NCBI RefSeq assembly: GCF_003334305.1
Contig: NZ_QOWS01000009.1
DNA length: 64,000 nucleotides
From: Escherichia coli
GTDB lineage: Bacteria > Pseudomonadota > Gammaproteobacteria > Enterobacterales > Enterobacteriaceae
Reading direction: 5' to 3' (one strand)
The number at the start of each line of letters is the position of its first letter. Position 1 is the first letter of the stretch. This document shows, piece after piece, positions 39,030 through 50,220 of this stretch. A model generated the notes under the pieces. That model saw only the letters and a list, made by a program, of their open reading frames with translations, was not told where the DNA came from and searched no databases. The translations under genes were made by a program, and so were the position numbers.

Positions 39030-39428
39030 ATGGGGCTTTTTGATGAAGTTGTCGGTGCCTTTCTGAAAGGCGATGCGGGGAAATATCAGGCTATTTTAAG
39101 TTGGGTTGAGGAGCAGGGCGGCATTCAGGTGCTGCTGGAAAAACTGCAAAGTGGCGGCTTAGGGGCCATTCTCTCAACCTGGCTGAGTAATCAACAGGGC
39201 AATCAATCGGTTAGTGGCGAGCAACTGGAATCGGCGCTCGGCACAAATGCGGTGTCCGATCTCGGGCAAAAACTTGGCGTGGATACCAGTACAGCTTCCA
39301 GTTTACTGGCAGAGCAATTGCCGAAGATTATTGATGCGCTCTCACCGCAAGGTGAAGTGTCACCACAAGCCAATAACGATCTGCTTTCCGCAGGTATGGA
39401 ACTGCTGAAAGGGAAACTCTTCCGCTAA
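39030..39428 (+). CDS. yidB: DUF937-like uncharacterised protein
   Basis: About 132-aa acidic ORF in the conserved position after gyrB; start approximate. Confidence 0.7.
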   Translation: MGLFDEVVGAFLKGDAGKYQAILSWVEEQGGIQVLLEKLQSGGLGAILSTWLSNQQGNQSVSGEQLESALGTNAVSDLGQKLGVDTSTASSLLAEQLPKIIDALSPQGEVSPQANNDLLSAGMELLKGKLFR

Positions 39429-39542
39429 GCAAATGGGGAGCATGCAACCCGCGTTGCATCCCCCTTTTCCCTCGGGTGTTGTACTGATTTTTGAGCGGAA
39501 TCGCGTTAGCATGGGTCAGGAACTAATCTACCTGGGGAACTC

Positions 39543-40355
39543 ATGGCTATCAAACTCATTGCTATCGATATGGATGGCACCCTTCTGCTGCCCGATCACA
39601 CCATTTCACCCGCCGTTAAAAATGCGATTGCCGCAGCTCGCGCCCGTGGCGTGAATGTCGTGCTAACGACGGGTCGCCCGTATGCAGGTGTGCACAACTA
39701 CCTGAAAGAGCTGCATATGGAACAGCCGGGCGACTACTGCATTACTTATAACGGCGCGCTGGTACAGAAGGCCGCTGATGGTAGCACCGTGGCGCAAACT
39801 GCTCTCAGCTATGACGACTATCGTTTCCTGGAAAAACTCTCTCGCGAAGTCGGTTCTCATTTCCACGCCCTGGACCGCACCACGCTGTACACCGCCAACC
39901 GTGATATCAGCTACTACACGGTGCATGAATCCTTCGTTGCCACCATTCCGCTGGTGTTCTGCGAAGCGGAGAAAATGGACCCCAATACCCAGTTCCTGAA
40001 AGTGATGATGATTGATGAACCCGCCATCCTCGACCAGGCTATCGCGCGTATTCCGCAGGAAGTGAAAGAGAAATATACCGTGCTGAAAAGTGCGCCGTAC
40101 TTCCTCGAAATCCTCGATAAACGCGTTAACAAAGGTACGGGGGTGAAATCACTGGCCGACGTGTTAGGTATTAAACCGGAAGAAATCATGGCGATTGGCG
40201 ATCAGGAAAACGATATCGCAATGATTGAATATGCAGGCGTCGGTGTGGCGATGGATAACGCTATTCCTTCGGTGAAAGAAGTGGCGAACTTTGTCACCAA
40301 ATCCAACCTTGAAGATGGCGTGGCGTTTGCTATTGAGAAGTATGTGCTGAATTAA
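39543..40355 (+). CDS. yidA: Sugar phosphatase (HAD, Cof-type)
   Basis: 270 aa; HAD motif I IAIDMDGTLL and motif IV GDQENDIAMIEYAG. Confidence 0.88.
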   Translation: MAIKLIAIDMDGTLLLPDHTISPAVKNAIAAARARGVNVVLTTGRPYAGVHNYLKELHMEQPGDYCITYNGALVQKAADGSTVAQTALSYDDYRFLEKLSREVGSHFHALDRTTLYTANRDISYYTVHESFVATIPLVFCEAEKMDPNTQFLKVMMIDEPAILDQAIARIPQEVKEKYTVLKSAPYFLEILDKRVNKGTGVKSLADVLGIKPEEIMAIGDQENDIAMIEYAGVGVAMDNAIPSVKEVANFVTKSNLEDGVAFAIEKYVLN

Positions 40356-40400
40356 TCAGTGGACGGGCAAACAGCATAAACGCGTTTGCCCGCTTACTGA

Positions 40401-41057
40401 TTATTGGTTTACTGCATATACAACCAGAAATTGCAGCGGTGCAGTAATGATGTCCAGCGTAACAGTCACTGGCAGTAATGCTGCGGAAACACCATCCGGA
40501 ATGCCTCTGGGTGAATAGTATTCATAAAATCGCACTTTAAACGGATGATAGAACGCCATCACCTTTGAGTAATCCATGTTTTTATTTTTCTCATGGATTG
40601 TGCCTTTTAGGTTTTCCAGTGACCTGGTACAGTGTTGAACACCACAGGCAAAACCATAATGCGTTGCCAGTGCCTTTTCTTCTTCGTTATTCCAGTAGTA
40701 GTAAAGCGATATTGTGCCGGTAAATTTCTTTTTCCCCGCATTTAAAACAAATCTTGCGTCATCGGCAACCTGAATATTGTGCCGGTTAAGTGCTGGATCA
40801 TTGAGCATCTTAACGATGTCATCGGCACCATCAGTGATAAGGTAATCCAGCGATTCCCCTACAAAAACATAGCCTTTTGTTCCATTACTATCTTTTGCCT
40901 GCGATAGCCCAGTGATGGTGTCTGACTGCGATTGATACTTTCCTGAACTACCCTTTGCGGTATGGGAAACCAGAGCATACGAGATACAGCCTGAAAGCAT
41001 CAGCGCCAGTGGGAATAAACCGGCAGCCTTAAAAAATCCCTTAAAATTCAACTTCAT
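40401..41057 (-). CDS. yidX: Putative lipoprotein
   Basis: Start set at [26 protein letters not shown] (lipobox LSGC); about 218 aa. Confidence 0.8.
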
Positions 41058-41334
41058 GATTAATCCTTTAAACGAGTAGCTAAGCCGTTGAAAGCATACT
41101 CTTCTTTCCCTCCTGTTTAGCGCCTGATATCCCTTTTCAGATTTCTGCCCGACGCATGTCATTTTTTTATGCATTGTTCTTTTTGTGATCTAAATTGTAG
41201 TACAATAATATAAGTTTGTACTACATTACGCACACGGCAAACGCGAACGTCATCACGCTGGTACTACAAAGTTGCCGCGTTATGCATCGATCGGGGTAAA
41301 GTAGAGAAGAACATACAGAGCACAAGGACTCTCC

Positions 41335-42024
41335 ATGACTCTCAATAAAACCGATCGCATTGTCATTACGCTGGGTAAACAGATCGTTCACGGCAAATAC
41401 GTACCTGGCTCGCCACTTCCGGCTGAGGCGGAGCTCTGTGAAGAGTTTGCAACCTCGCGCAACATCATCCGTGAGGTGTTCCGTTCGCTGATGGCGAAGC
41501 GGCTGATTGAAATGAAACGTTATCGCGGGGCGTTTGTGGCACCGCGTAACCAGTGGAATTACCTCGACACTGACGTACTGCAATGGGTGCTGGAAAACGA
41601 CTACGACCCACGGCTTATCAGTGCCATGAGCGAAGTGCGAAATCTGGTGGAACCGGCGATTGCCCGTTGGGCAGCAGAGCGCGCGACTTCCAGCGATCTG
41701 GCGCAGATTGAATCGGCGCTGAACGAGATGATTGCCAACAATCAGGACCGCGAAGCGTTTAACGAAGCGGATATTCGCTACCACGAGGCGGTGCTGCAGT
41801 CGGTACATAACCCGGTGTTACAGCAACTTAGCATTGCGATCAGTTCGTTGCAGCGGGCGGTTTTTGAACGAACCTGGATGGGCGATGAGGCCAACATGCC
41901 GCAAACGCTCCAGGAACATAAGGCGCTGTTCGATGCAATACGGCATCAGGACGGCGATGCGGCAGAGCAGGCGGCGCTTACCATGATCGCCAGCTCGACA
42001 CGAAGGTTAAAGGAAATCACATGA
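41335..42024 (+). CDS. dgoR: GntR/FadR-family repressor of the dgo operon
   Basis: 229 aa with N-terminal wHTH; first gene of the dgoRKADT cluster. Confidence 0.88.
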   Translation: MTLNKTDRIVITLGKQIVHGKYVPGSPLPAEAELCEEFATSRNIIREVFRSLMAKRLIEMKRYRGAFVAPRNQWNYLDTDVLQWVLENDYDPRLISAMSEVRNLVEPAIARWAAERATSSDLAQIESALNEMIANNQDREAFNEADIRYHEAVLQSVHNPVLQQLSIAISSLQRAVFERTWMGDEANMPQTLQEHKALFDAIRHQDGDAAEQAALTMIASSTRRLKEIT

Positions 42025-42899
42025 CAGCTCGCTACATCGCAATTGACTGGGGATCGACCAATCTGCGCGCCTGGCTTTATCAGGGCGACCACTGCCTGGA
42101 GAGCAGGCAATCAGAAGCAGGCGTCACGCGCCTGAACGGAAAATCTCCGGCTGCGGTGTTAGCAGAAGTCACGACCGACTGGCGTGAAGAAAATACGCCA
42201 GTGGTGATGGCAGGAATGGTCGGCAGCAATGTCGGCTGGAAAGTTGCTCCGTATTTATCTGTTCCTGCCCGTTTTTCGTCTATTGGCGAACAATTAACGT
42301 CTGTTGGCGACAATATCTGGATTATTCCCGGATTATGCGTCTCTCATGACGATAACCACAATGTGATGCGCGGCGAAGAAACACAATTGATCGGCGCGCG
42401 AGCTCTGGCTCCTTCCTCTCTTTATGTTATGCCCGGTACGCATTGCAAATGGGTGCAGGCCGATAGCCAGCAAATCAACGATTTTCGCACCGTGATGACC
42501 GGTGAATTACATCATTTACTGTTAAATCACTCATTGATTGGCGCAGGTTTGCCGCCGCAGGAAAACTCTGCCGATGCCTTCGCGGCTGGCCTTGAGCGCG
42601 GCCTTAATGCGCCCGCCATATTGCCGCAGCTTTTTGAAGTTCGCGCCTCGCATGTGCTGGGAACACTTCCCCGCGAACAGGTCAGCGAATTTCTCTCTGG
42701 TTTGTTGATTGGCGCAGAGGTTGCCAGTATGCGCGACTATGTGACCCATCAACACGCCATCACCCTTGTCGCCGGAACATCGCTGACCGCGCGCTACCAG
42801 CAAGCCTTTCAGGCGATGGGTTGCGACGTGACGGCGGTGGCGGGCGACACGGCATTTCAGGCTGGTATAAGGAGCATCGCTCATGCAGTGGCAAACTAA
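42021..42899 (+). CDS. dgoK: 2-dehydro-3-deoxygalactonokinase
   Basis: 292 aa; N-terminus YIAIDWGSTNLRAW (sugar kinase fold). Confidence 0.9.
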   Translation: MTARYIAIDWGSTNLRAWLYQGDHCLESRQSEAGVTRLNGKSPAAVLAEVTTDWREENTPVVMAGMVGSNVGWKVAPYLSVPARFSSIGEQLTSVGDNIWIIPGLCVSHDDNHNVMRGEETQLIGARALAPSSLYVMPGTHCKWVQADSQQINDFRTVMTGELHHLLLNHSLIGAGLPPQENSADAFAAGLERGLNAPAILPQLFEVRASHVLGTLPREQVSEFLSGLLIGAEVASMRDYVTHQHAITLVAGTSLTARYQQAFQAMGCDVTAVAGDTAFQAGIRSIAHAVAN

Positions 42900-43500
42900 A
42901 CTTCCGCTGATCGCCATTTTGCGCGGCATTAAGCCCGACGAGGCGCTGGCGCATGTTGGCGCGGTGATTGACGCCGGGTTCGACGCGGTTGAAATCCCGC
43001 TGAATTCCCCACAATGGGAGCAAAGCATTCCCGCCATCGTTGATGCGTATGGCGACAAGGCGTTGATTGGCGCAGGTACGGTACTGAAACCTGAACAGGT
43101 CGATGCGCTCGCCAGGATGGGCTGTCAGCTCATCGTTACGCCCAATATCCATAGTGAAGTGATCCGCCGTGCGGTGGGCTACGGCATGACCGTCTGCCCC
43201 GGCTGCGCGACGGCGACCGAAGCCTTTACCGCGCTCGAAGCGGGCGCGCAGGCGCTGAAAATATTTCCGTCATCGGCTTTTGGTCCGCAATACATCAAAG
43301 CGTTAAAAGCGGTATTGCCATCGGACATCGCAGTCTTTGCCGTTGGCGGCGTGACGCCAGAAAACCTGGCGCAGTGGATAGACGCAGGTTGTGCTGGGGC
43401 GGGCTTAGGCAGCGATCTCTATCGCGCCGGGCAGTCCGTAGAACGCACCGCGCAGCAGGCAGCAGCATTTGTTAAGGCGTATCGAGAGGCAGTGCAATGA
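42883..43500 (+). CDS. dgoA: 2-dehydro-3-deoxy-6-phosphogalactonate aldolase
   Basis: 205-aa KDPG-aldolase-like protein; overlaps dgoK and dgoD. Confidence 0.9.
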
Positions 43501-44645
43501 AAATCACCAAAATTACCACGTATCGTTTACCTCCCCGCTGGATGTTCCTGAAAATTGAAACCGATGAAGGCGTGGTCGGTTGGGGCGAGCCCGTGATTGA
43601 AGGCCGCGCCCGTACGGTGGAAGCGGCAGTTCACGAGCTGGGTGACTATTTGATTGGTCAGGATCCTTCGCGCATCAATGACTTATGGCAAGTGATGTAT
43701 CGCGCCGGATTTTATCGTGGCGGTCCAATCCTGATGAGCGCCATTGCCGGGATCGACCAGGCGTTATGGGATATCAAAGGCAAAGTGCTGAATGCGCCGG
43801 TCTGGCAACTGATGGGCGGCCTGGTTCGCGACAAAATTAAAGCCTACAGTTGGGTCGGCGGCGATCGTCCGGCGGATGTTATCGACGGCATTAAAACCCT
43901 GCGCGAAATCGGCTTCGATACCTTCAAACTGAACGGTTGTGAAGAACTGGGGCTAATTGATAACTCCCGCGCGGTAGATGCGGCAGTCAACACCGTGGCA
44001 CAAATTCGTGAAGCTTTTGGCAATCAGATTGAGTTTGGTCTTGATTTCCACGGTCGCGTCAGCGCGCCAATGGCGAAAGTGCTGATTAAAGAACTGGAGC
44101 CGTATCGCCCGCTGTTTATTGAAGAGCCGGTGCTGGCGGAACAAGCCGAATACTACCCGAAACTGGCGGCACAAACGCATATTCCACTGGCAGCGGGTGA
44201 GCGCATGTTCTCACGTTTCGATTTTAAACGCGTGCTGGAGGCAGGCGGTATTTCGATTCTGCAACCGGATCTCTCCCATGCAGGCGGTATTACCGAATGC
44301 TACAAAATTGCTGGAATGGCAGAAGCCTATGATGTGACCCTTGCGCCGCACTGTCCGCTCGGACCGATTGCACTGGCGGCTTGCCTGCATATCGACTTTG
44401 TTTCCTATAACGCGGTACTTCAGGAACAAAGTATGGGCATTCATTACAACAAAGGCGCGGAGTTACTCGACTTTGTGAAAAACAAAGAAGACTTCAGTAT
44501 GGTTGGCGGCTTCTTTAAACCGTTAACGAAACCGGGCTTAGGTGTGGAAATCGACGAAGCTAAAGTTATTGAGTTCAGTAAAAATGCCCCGGACTGGCGT
44601 AATCCGCTCTGGCGTCATGAAGATAACAGCGTAGCAGAGTGGTAA
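43497..44645 (+). CDS. dgoD: D-galactonate dehydratase (enolase superfamily)
   Basis: 382 aa; [32 protein letters not shown]. Confidence 0.93.
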
Positions 44646-44764
44646 TTCCTGCCACGTAAACCCCTCATCGGGCACTAAAACAGCAATACAAAAATATAAC
44701 CCTCTGTAAATTACAGGGCATGGTGAGCGGCTTCGCTATGCCCAAAATCTGGAGAAAGCTCGCT

Positions 44765-46057
44765 ATGGATATTCCCGTTAATGCAGCAAAGCCGGGGCGT
44801 CGGCGTTATCTGACGCTGGTGATGATCTTTATTACGGTGGTCATTTGTTATGTTGACCGCGCTAACCTGGCCGTGGCTTCCGCCCATATTCAGGAAGAGT
44901 TCGGCATTACGAAAGCGGAAATGGGCTATGTATTTTCGGCCTTCGCCTGGCTTTATACGCTATGCCAGATCCCCGGCGGTTGGTTTTTAGATCGCGTAGG
45001 TTCTCGCGTGACTTATTTTATTGCGATATTTGGTTGGTCAGTGGCGACTTTATTCCAGGGCTTTGCCACGGGATTAATGTCATTAATTGGTCTGCGTGCG
45101 ATAACCGGTATTTTCGAAGCGCCCGCTTTCCCGACCAATAACCGGATGGTGACCAGCTGGTTCCCGGAACATGAACGCGCTTCCGCCGTTGGTTTTTATA
45201 CGTCTGGTCAGTTTGTCGGTCTGGCGTTTTTGACTCCGCTGCTGATCTGGATTCAGGAGATGTTGAGCTGGCACTGGGTGTTCATTGTCACTGGTGGTAT
45301 CGGCATTATCTGGTCGCTGATTTGGTTTAAGGTTTATCAGCCGCCGCGCCTGACCAAAGGTATCAGCAAAGCTGAACTGGATTACATTCGTGATGGCGGC
45401 GGTCTGGTGGATGGTGATGCGCCGGTGAAGAAAGAGGCGCGTCAGCCGTTAACAGCCAAAGACTGGAAACTGGTGTTCCATCGTAAACTGATCGGCGTTT
45501 ATCTTGGGCAATTTGCGGTGGCTTCTACACTGTGGTTTTTCTTAACCTGGTTCCCGAACTATTTAACCCAGGAAAAAGGAATCACGGCGCTGAAAGCAGG
45601 CTTTATGACCACGGTGCCATTCCTCGCGGCGTTTGTCGGCGTCCTGCTCTCTGGCTGGGTCGCGGATCTGCTGGTACGTAAGGGCTTTTCACTGGGCTTT
45701 GCGCGTAAAACGCCGATTATCTGCGGCTTGCTGATCTCCACCTGCATTATGGGCGCTAACTACACCAACGATCCGATGATGATTATGTGCCTGATGGCGC
45801 TGGCATTCTTCGGCAACGGTTTTGCTTCGATTACCTGGTCGCTGGTCTCTTCTCTGGCACCGATGCGCCTGATTGGTTTAACCGGCGGCGTGTTTAACTT
45901 CGCCGGTGGTCTGGGCGGCATCACCGTTCCGCTGGTGGTGGGGTACCTGGCGCAGGGTTACGGTTTCGCACCTGCACTGGTTTATATCTCCGCCGTCGCG
46001 TTGATTGGCGCGCTCTCTTATATCCTGCTGGTGGGCGATGTGAAGCGCGTTGGCTAA
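44765..46057 (+). CDS. dgoT: D-galactonate MFS transporter
   Basis: 430 aa from [22 protein letters not shown]; the supplied ORF begins 15 codons earlier. Confidence 0.88.
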
Positions 46058-47118
46058 TCCTTCAACTGTGGAATATGTGCCACACCACTGCGCATAATCC
46101 ACTTTCTTAAAGCCGGTGCGGTCAGGCATCGGCTTTTTACTATCTTGCCGAAGAGTTTTAAACGCAGTTTGCGGGTGGCGCGCCAGTAAGCGGCGTTGCT
46201 CTTCTCCGGCTGTTTCAGGAACACCGCACGCAGAATCTCTGCGCTATCCAGCGCATAGCTAATCCCCTCCAGCGAGCTGGCGCTGATAAATCCCGCCGCT
46301 TCGCCAATCAGAAAGGCGTTGTCCTTACCGCAGACAAAATCCTGCCAGCGTGAGGGAAACAGCACCGTGCATTTTTCGCTTTTCACCGCTTTGCCAAACT
46401 GGAACTGAAAGGCGCTCATTTTCTCTTTCAGCGTCGTGAAACGCGTCTGACCGTCTTTCATTGGATAAGCACCGCCAAAGATAAAATAACCGTCTTTGCT
46501 GATACTCCATGAGTAACAGTCAGTTATCGCATTATCAAAGATGCAGGAGTAGAACAGCACCGGATGTTTCTCTGCGAACCACTGCTGGATAGCGACATAT
46601 TTACGAATTTGATGATCCGGGTAGAGATGTCGCCGCACCATCGAGTTTGCGCCATCGGCACCGACCAGATAGCGGGCAGTAATATGTTGCTCCCAGCCGT
46701 CTGCACGAAAAATGACATGCCATTTATCATCCTCACGCCAGATTTTTCGACACAGGCTGTCGTGATAAACCTCAACGCTGGCGGGGATCAGCGATTTCAT
46801 CCACAAGTCGAAAGCATGGCGATTAATATTGATATAGCTTCGCTGGTAGTTACGCGTGAGCGATGCGGCGACGTCGACAGTTTTGACGCTGAAAATCTGC
46901 GGGTTGGCGATTACATCGACAGGAAGCGTCAGTCCATCGCGAATAAAAGATCGCTGCGCGTCCGGTGCCAGCAGACCGCCACAAGGTTTGCTGAAACCTT
47001 CAGTACCATGCTGGTGCTTTTTATCCAGCGCGATCACCTGCATTTTGCCAGCTAACTTTCGTGCCAACGCCGACCCTGCCGGGCCGAGGCCAATAATCGC
47101 CACGTCGAAATGTTCCAT
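46054..47118 (-). CDS. cbrA: FAD-dependent oxidoreductase CbrA
   Basis: Start set at [24 protein letters not shown] (FAD-binding GxGxxG); 354 aa; its stop overlaps the dgoT stop. Confidence 0.85.
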
Positions 47119-47185
47119 CTTTTCACTCACATTCATCACGATGGCAAAAGACTATTGTCTGAAAGTGAAGTCCTTGTGAAGTATG

Positions 47186-48433
47186 ATGGCGGGAACCGTT
47201 TTGTATCAGGACCCCGCCATGAAACAGATAACCTTTGCTCCCCGTAATCACCTGCTCACCAATACCAATACCTGGACGCCCGACAGCCAGTGGCTGGTAT
47301 TTGACGTGCGTCCTTCTGGCGCGTCGTTTACCGGCGAGAGCATTGAGCGTGTGAATATCCATACCGGCGAGGTCGAGGTTATCTATCGCGCGTCACAGGG
47401 CGCACACGTCGGCGTGGTGACCGTTCATCCGAAGTCAGCGAAATATGTTTTCATCCATGGCCCGGAAAATCCTGATGAAACATGGCATTACGACTTCCAT
47501 CATCGGCGCGGAGTCATTGTTGAAGGCGGCAAGATGAGTAACCTTGATGCGATGGATATTACCGCGCCGTATACGCCTGGAGCGCTGCGCGGCGGCAGCC
47601 ATGTGCATGTCTTTAGCCCGAACGGTGAAAGGGTGAGCTTTACCTATAACGACCATGTAATGCATGAACTCGATCCGGCGCTGGATTTGCGAAACGTCGG
47701 GGTTGCTGCGCCGTTTGGCCCGGTCAACGTACAAAAGCAGCATCCGCGTGAATACAGCGGTAGCCACTGGTGCGTGCTGGTGAGCAAAACCACGCCCACG
47801 CCGCAGCCTGGCAGCGATGAAATCAATCGTGCTTATGAAGAAGGATGGGTAGGAAATCACGCGCTGGCATTTATTGGCGACACACTTTCGCCAAAGGGCG
47901 AGAAAGTGCCGGAGCTGTTTATCGTTGAGTTACCGCAAGATGAAGCTGGCTGGAAAGCGGCAGGTGATGCGCCGTTAAGTGGAACGGAAACCACCCTGCC
48001 CGCGCCACCGCGCGGCGTCGTGCAGCGACGTTTAACCTTTACCCACCATCGGGCTTATCCGGGGTTAGTCAACGTCCCGCGCCACTGGGTGCGCTGTAAT
48101 CCGCAGGGTACGCAAATCGCGTTTTTAATGCGTGATGATAACGGCATTGTGCAACTGTGGCTTATCTCGCCACAGGGCGGCGAGCCGCGCCAGTTAACCC
48201 ATAACAAAACGGATATTCAGTCTGCATTTAACTGGCATCCGTCAGGAGAATGGTTGGGCTTTGTGCTGGATAATCGAATTGCTTGTGCCCATGCGCAAAG
48301 TGGCGAGGTTGAGTATTTAACCGAAAACCACGCCAATCCGCCTTCTGCGGATGCCGTGGTCTTCTCACCGGATGGTCAATGGCTGGCGTGGATGGAAGGT
48401 GGCCAGCTGTGGATCACCGAAACTGATCGCTAA
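47186..48433 (+). CDS. yidR: DUF3748-family beta-propeller-like protein
   Basis: About 415-aa ORF in the conserved position; start approximate. Confidence 0.78.
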   Translation: MAGTVLYQDPAMKQITFAPRNHLLTNTNTWTPDSQWLVFDVRPSGASFTGESIERVNIHTGEVEVIYRASQGAHVGVVTVHPKSAKYVFIHGPENPDETWHYDFHHRRGVIVEGGKMSNLDAMDITAPYTPGALRGGSHVHVFSPNGERVSFTYNDHVMHELDPALDLRNVGVAAPFGPVNVQKQHPREYSGSHWCVLVSKTTPTPQPGSDEINRAYEEGWVGNHALAFIGDTLSPKGEKVPELFIVELPQDEAGWKAAGDAPLSGTETTLPAPPRGVVQRRLTFTHHRAYPGLVNVPRHWVRCNPQGTQIAFLMRDDNGIVQLWLISPQGGEPRQLTHNKTDIQSAFNWHPSGEWLGFVLDNRIACAHAQSGEVEYLTENHANPPSADAVVFSPDGQWLAWMEGGQLWITETDR

Positions 48434-48434
48434 A

Positions 48435-48767
48435 TCAGTTATCAGGCATTCTGGCCGGTGGAATAACCGCATTGGTGGCTTGCGCGTTGGCTTCGCTTTT
48501 TTCAACGCGCGAGCGCACCGAGCTGTCTTTGCGGAACACATCCCACGGCAGTAAAAGCGTGTCCATCACAGCGGTAAACGGCATATCGAGAATCGCCAGC
48601 GACTTAGTGCCCCAGTTGGTTTCATCGTCGCCAATCATGGTGGCGCTGGCGCGGGTGCCGGGATACGTTCCTTCTTTCCCCCCGGTATGGGACATCACGC
48701 TGGAGCATCCTCCGAGTAATGTCATTCCGCTGCATATCATGAACGCTAACAACACATTTCTTATCAT
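48435..48767 (-). CDS. yidQ: Small lipoprotein
   Basis: Start set at MIRNVLLAFMICSGMTLLGGCSS (lipobox); about 110 aa. Confidence 0.75.
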   Translation of the reverse strand: MIRNVLLAFMICSGMTLLGGCSSVMSHTGGKEGTYPGTRASATMIGDDETNWGTKSLAILDMPFTAVMDTLLLPWDVFRKDSSVRSRVEKSEANAQATNAVIPPARMPDN

Positions 48768-48941
48768 AATAAATTCATCTGTTGATCGTGGGTGTTGGCC
48801 TGATGAGTTATAGCGATCCCTTGCTGAAAATAACATCATCATTACGTCGCTCTGTGGCGGCTATCGCACTTTAACGTTTCGTGCTGCCCCCTCAGTCTAT
48901 GCAATAGACCATAAACTGCAAAAAAAAGTCCGCTGATAAGG

Positions 48942-48970
48942 CTTGAAAAGTTCATTTCCAGACCCATTTT
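48942..48970 (+). promoter_or_regulatory. sigma32 heat-shock promoter of ibpAB
   Basis: cttgaaa -35, spacer, then cccatttt -10 (sigma32 consensus TTGAAA ... CCCCATnT), about 100 bp upstream of ibpA. Confidence 0.7.
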
Positions 48971-49071
48971 TACATCGTAGCCGATGAGGACGCGCCTGAT
49001 GGGTGTTCTGGCTACCTGACCTGTCCATTGTGGAAGGTCTTACATTCTCGCTGATTTCAGGAGCTATGATT

Positions 49072-49485
49072 ATGCGTAACTTTGATTTATCCCCGCTTTA
49101 CCGTTCTGCTATTGGATTTGACCGTTTGTTTAACCACTTAGAAAACAACCAGAGCCAGAGTAATGGCGGCTACCCTCCGTATAACGTTGAACTGGTAGAC
49201 GAAAACCATTACCGCATTGCTATCGCTGTGGCTGGTTTTGCTGAGAGCGAACTGGAAATTACCGCCCAGGATAATCTGCTGGTGGTGAAAGGTGCTCACG
49301 CCGACGAACAAAAAGAGCGCACCTATCTGTACCAGGGCATCGCTGAACGCAACTTTGAACGCAAATTCCAGTTAGCTGAGAACATTCATGTTCGTGGCGC
49401 TAACCTGGTAAATGGTTTGCTGTATATCGATCTCGAACGCGTGATTCCGGAAGCGAAAAAACCGCGCCGTATCGAAATCAACTAA
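49072..49485 (+). CDS. ibpA: Small heat shock protein IbpA
   Basis: 137 aa from [56 protein letters not shown]. Confidence 0.97.
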
Positions 49486-49596
49486 TTCCCTAAGGCCGCC
49501 TGGCGCGGCCTGACATCTCCATGCTCGCCGTCAGGGAGCATATGCGAATCTTCGGATTTGCAGGTACTTACTCGCTTCTTAGAAGGAGAAATGACT

Positions 49597-50025
49597 ATGC
49601 GTAACTTCGATTTATCCCCACTGATGCGTCAATGGATCGGTTTTGACAAACTGGCCAACGCACTGCAAAACGCCGGTGAAAGTCAGAGCTTCCCGCCGTA
49701 CAACATTGAGAAAAGCGACGATAACCACTACCGCATTACCCTTGCGCTGGCAGGTTTCCGTCAGGAAGATTTAGAGATTCAACTGGAAGGTACGCGCCTG
49801 AGCGTAAAAGGCACGCCGGAGCAGCCAAAAGAAGAGAAAAAATGGCTGCATCAAGGGCTTATGAATCAGCCATTTAGCCTGAGCTTTACGCTGGCTGAAA
49901 ATATGGAAGTCTCTGGCGCAACCTTCGTAAACGGTTTACTGCATATTGATTTAATTCGTAATGAGCCTGAACCCATCGCAGCGAAGCGTATCGCTATCAG
50001 CGAACGCCCCGCGTTAAATAGCTAA
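49597..50025 (+). CDS. ibpB: Small heat shock protein IbpB
   Basis: 142 aa from [24 protein letters not shown]. Confidence 0.97.
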   Translation: MRNFDLSPLMRQWIGFDKLANALQNAGESQSFPPYNIEKSDDNHYRITLALAGFRQEDLEIQLEGTRLSVKGTPEQPKEEKKWLHQGLMNQPFSLSFTLAENMEVSGATFVNGLLHIDLIRNEPEPIAAKRIAISERPALNS

Positions 50026-50040
50026 CTAGCTATTCTCTTT

Positions 50041-50069
50041 GCCCCGCCATTCTGGTGGGGCTTTTTTTA
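50041..50069 (+). terminator. Intrinsic terminator after ibpB
   Basis: gccccgccattctggtggggc hairpin followed by tttttttat. Confidence 0.75.
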
Positions 50070-50220
50070 TCTTTCTTCTTCAACAATGCGTTAAATTTCG
50101 CCTGTTTAAGATATTTCGGCACGTTCTTTCCCGTGATAATGTGCGCTATAAGGCAAATCTGCTTCACCGATTCAGCCATAATCCGTAGCAATTAAAATGT
50201 TATCTCAAGAGAAATGGACG

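Noticed and set aside
46054-46057. Convergent dgoT and cbrA stop codons overlap by 3 bp.
   Set aside because: A tail-to-tail stop overlap is common in compact genomes and has no evident regulatory meaning; noted only as a coordinate detail.
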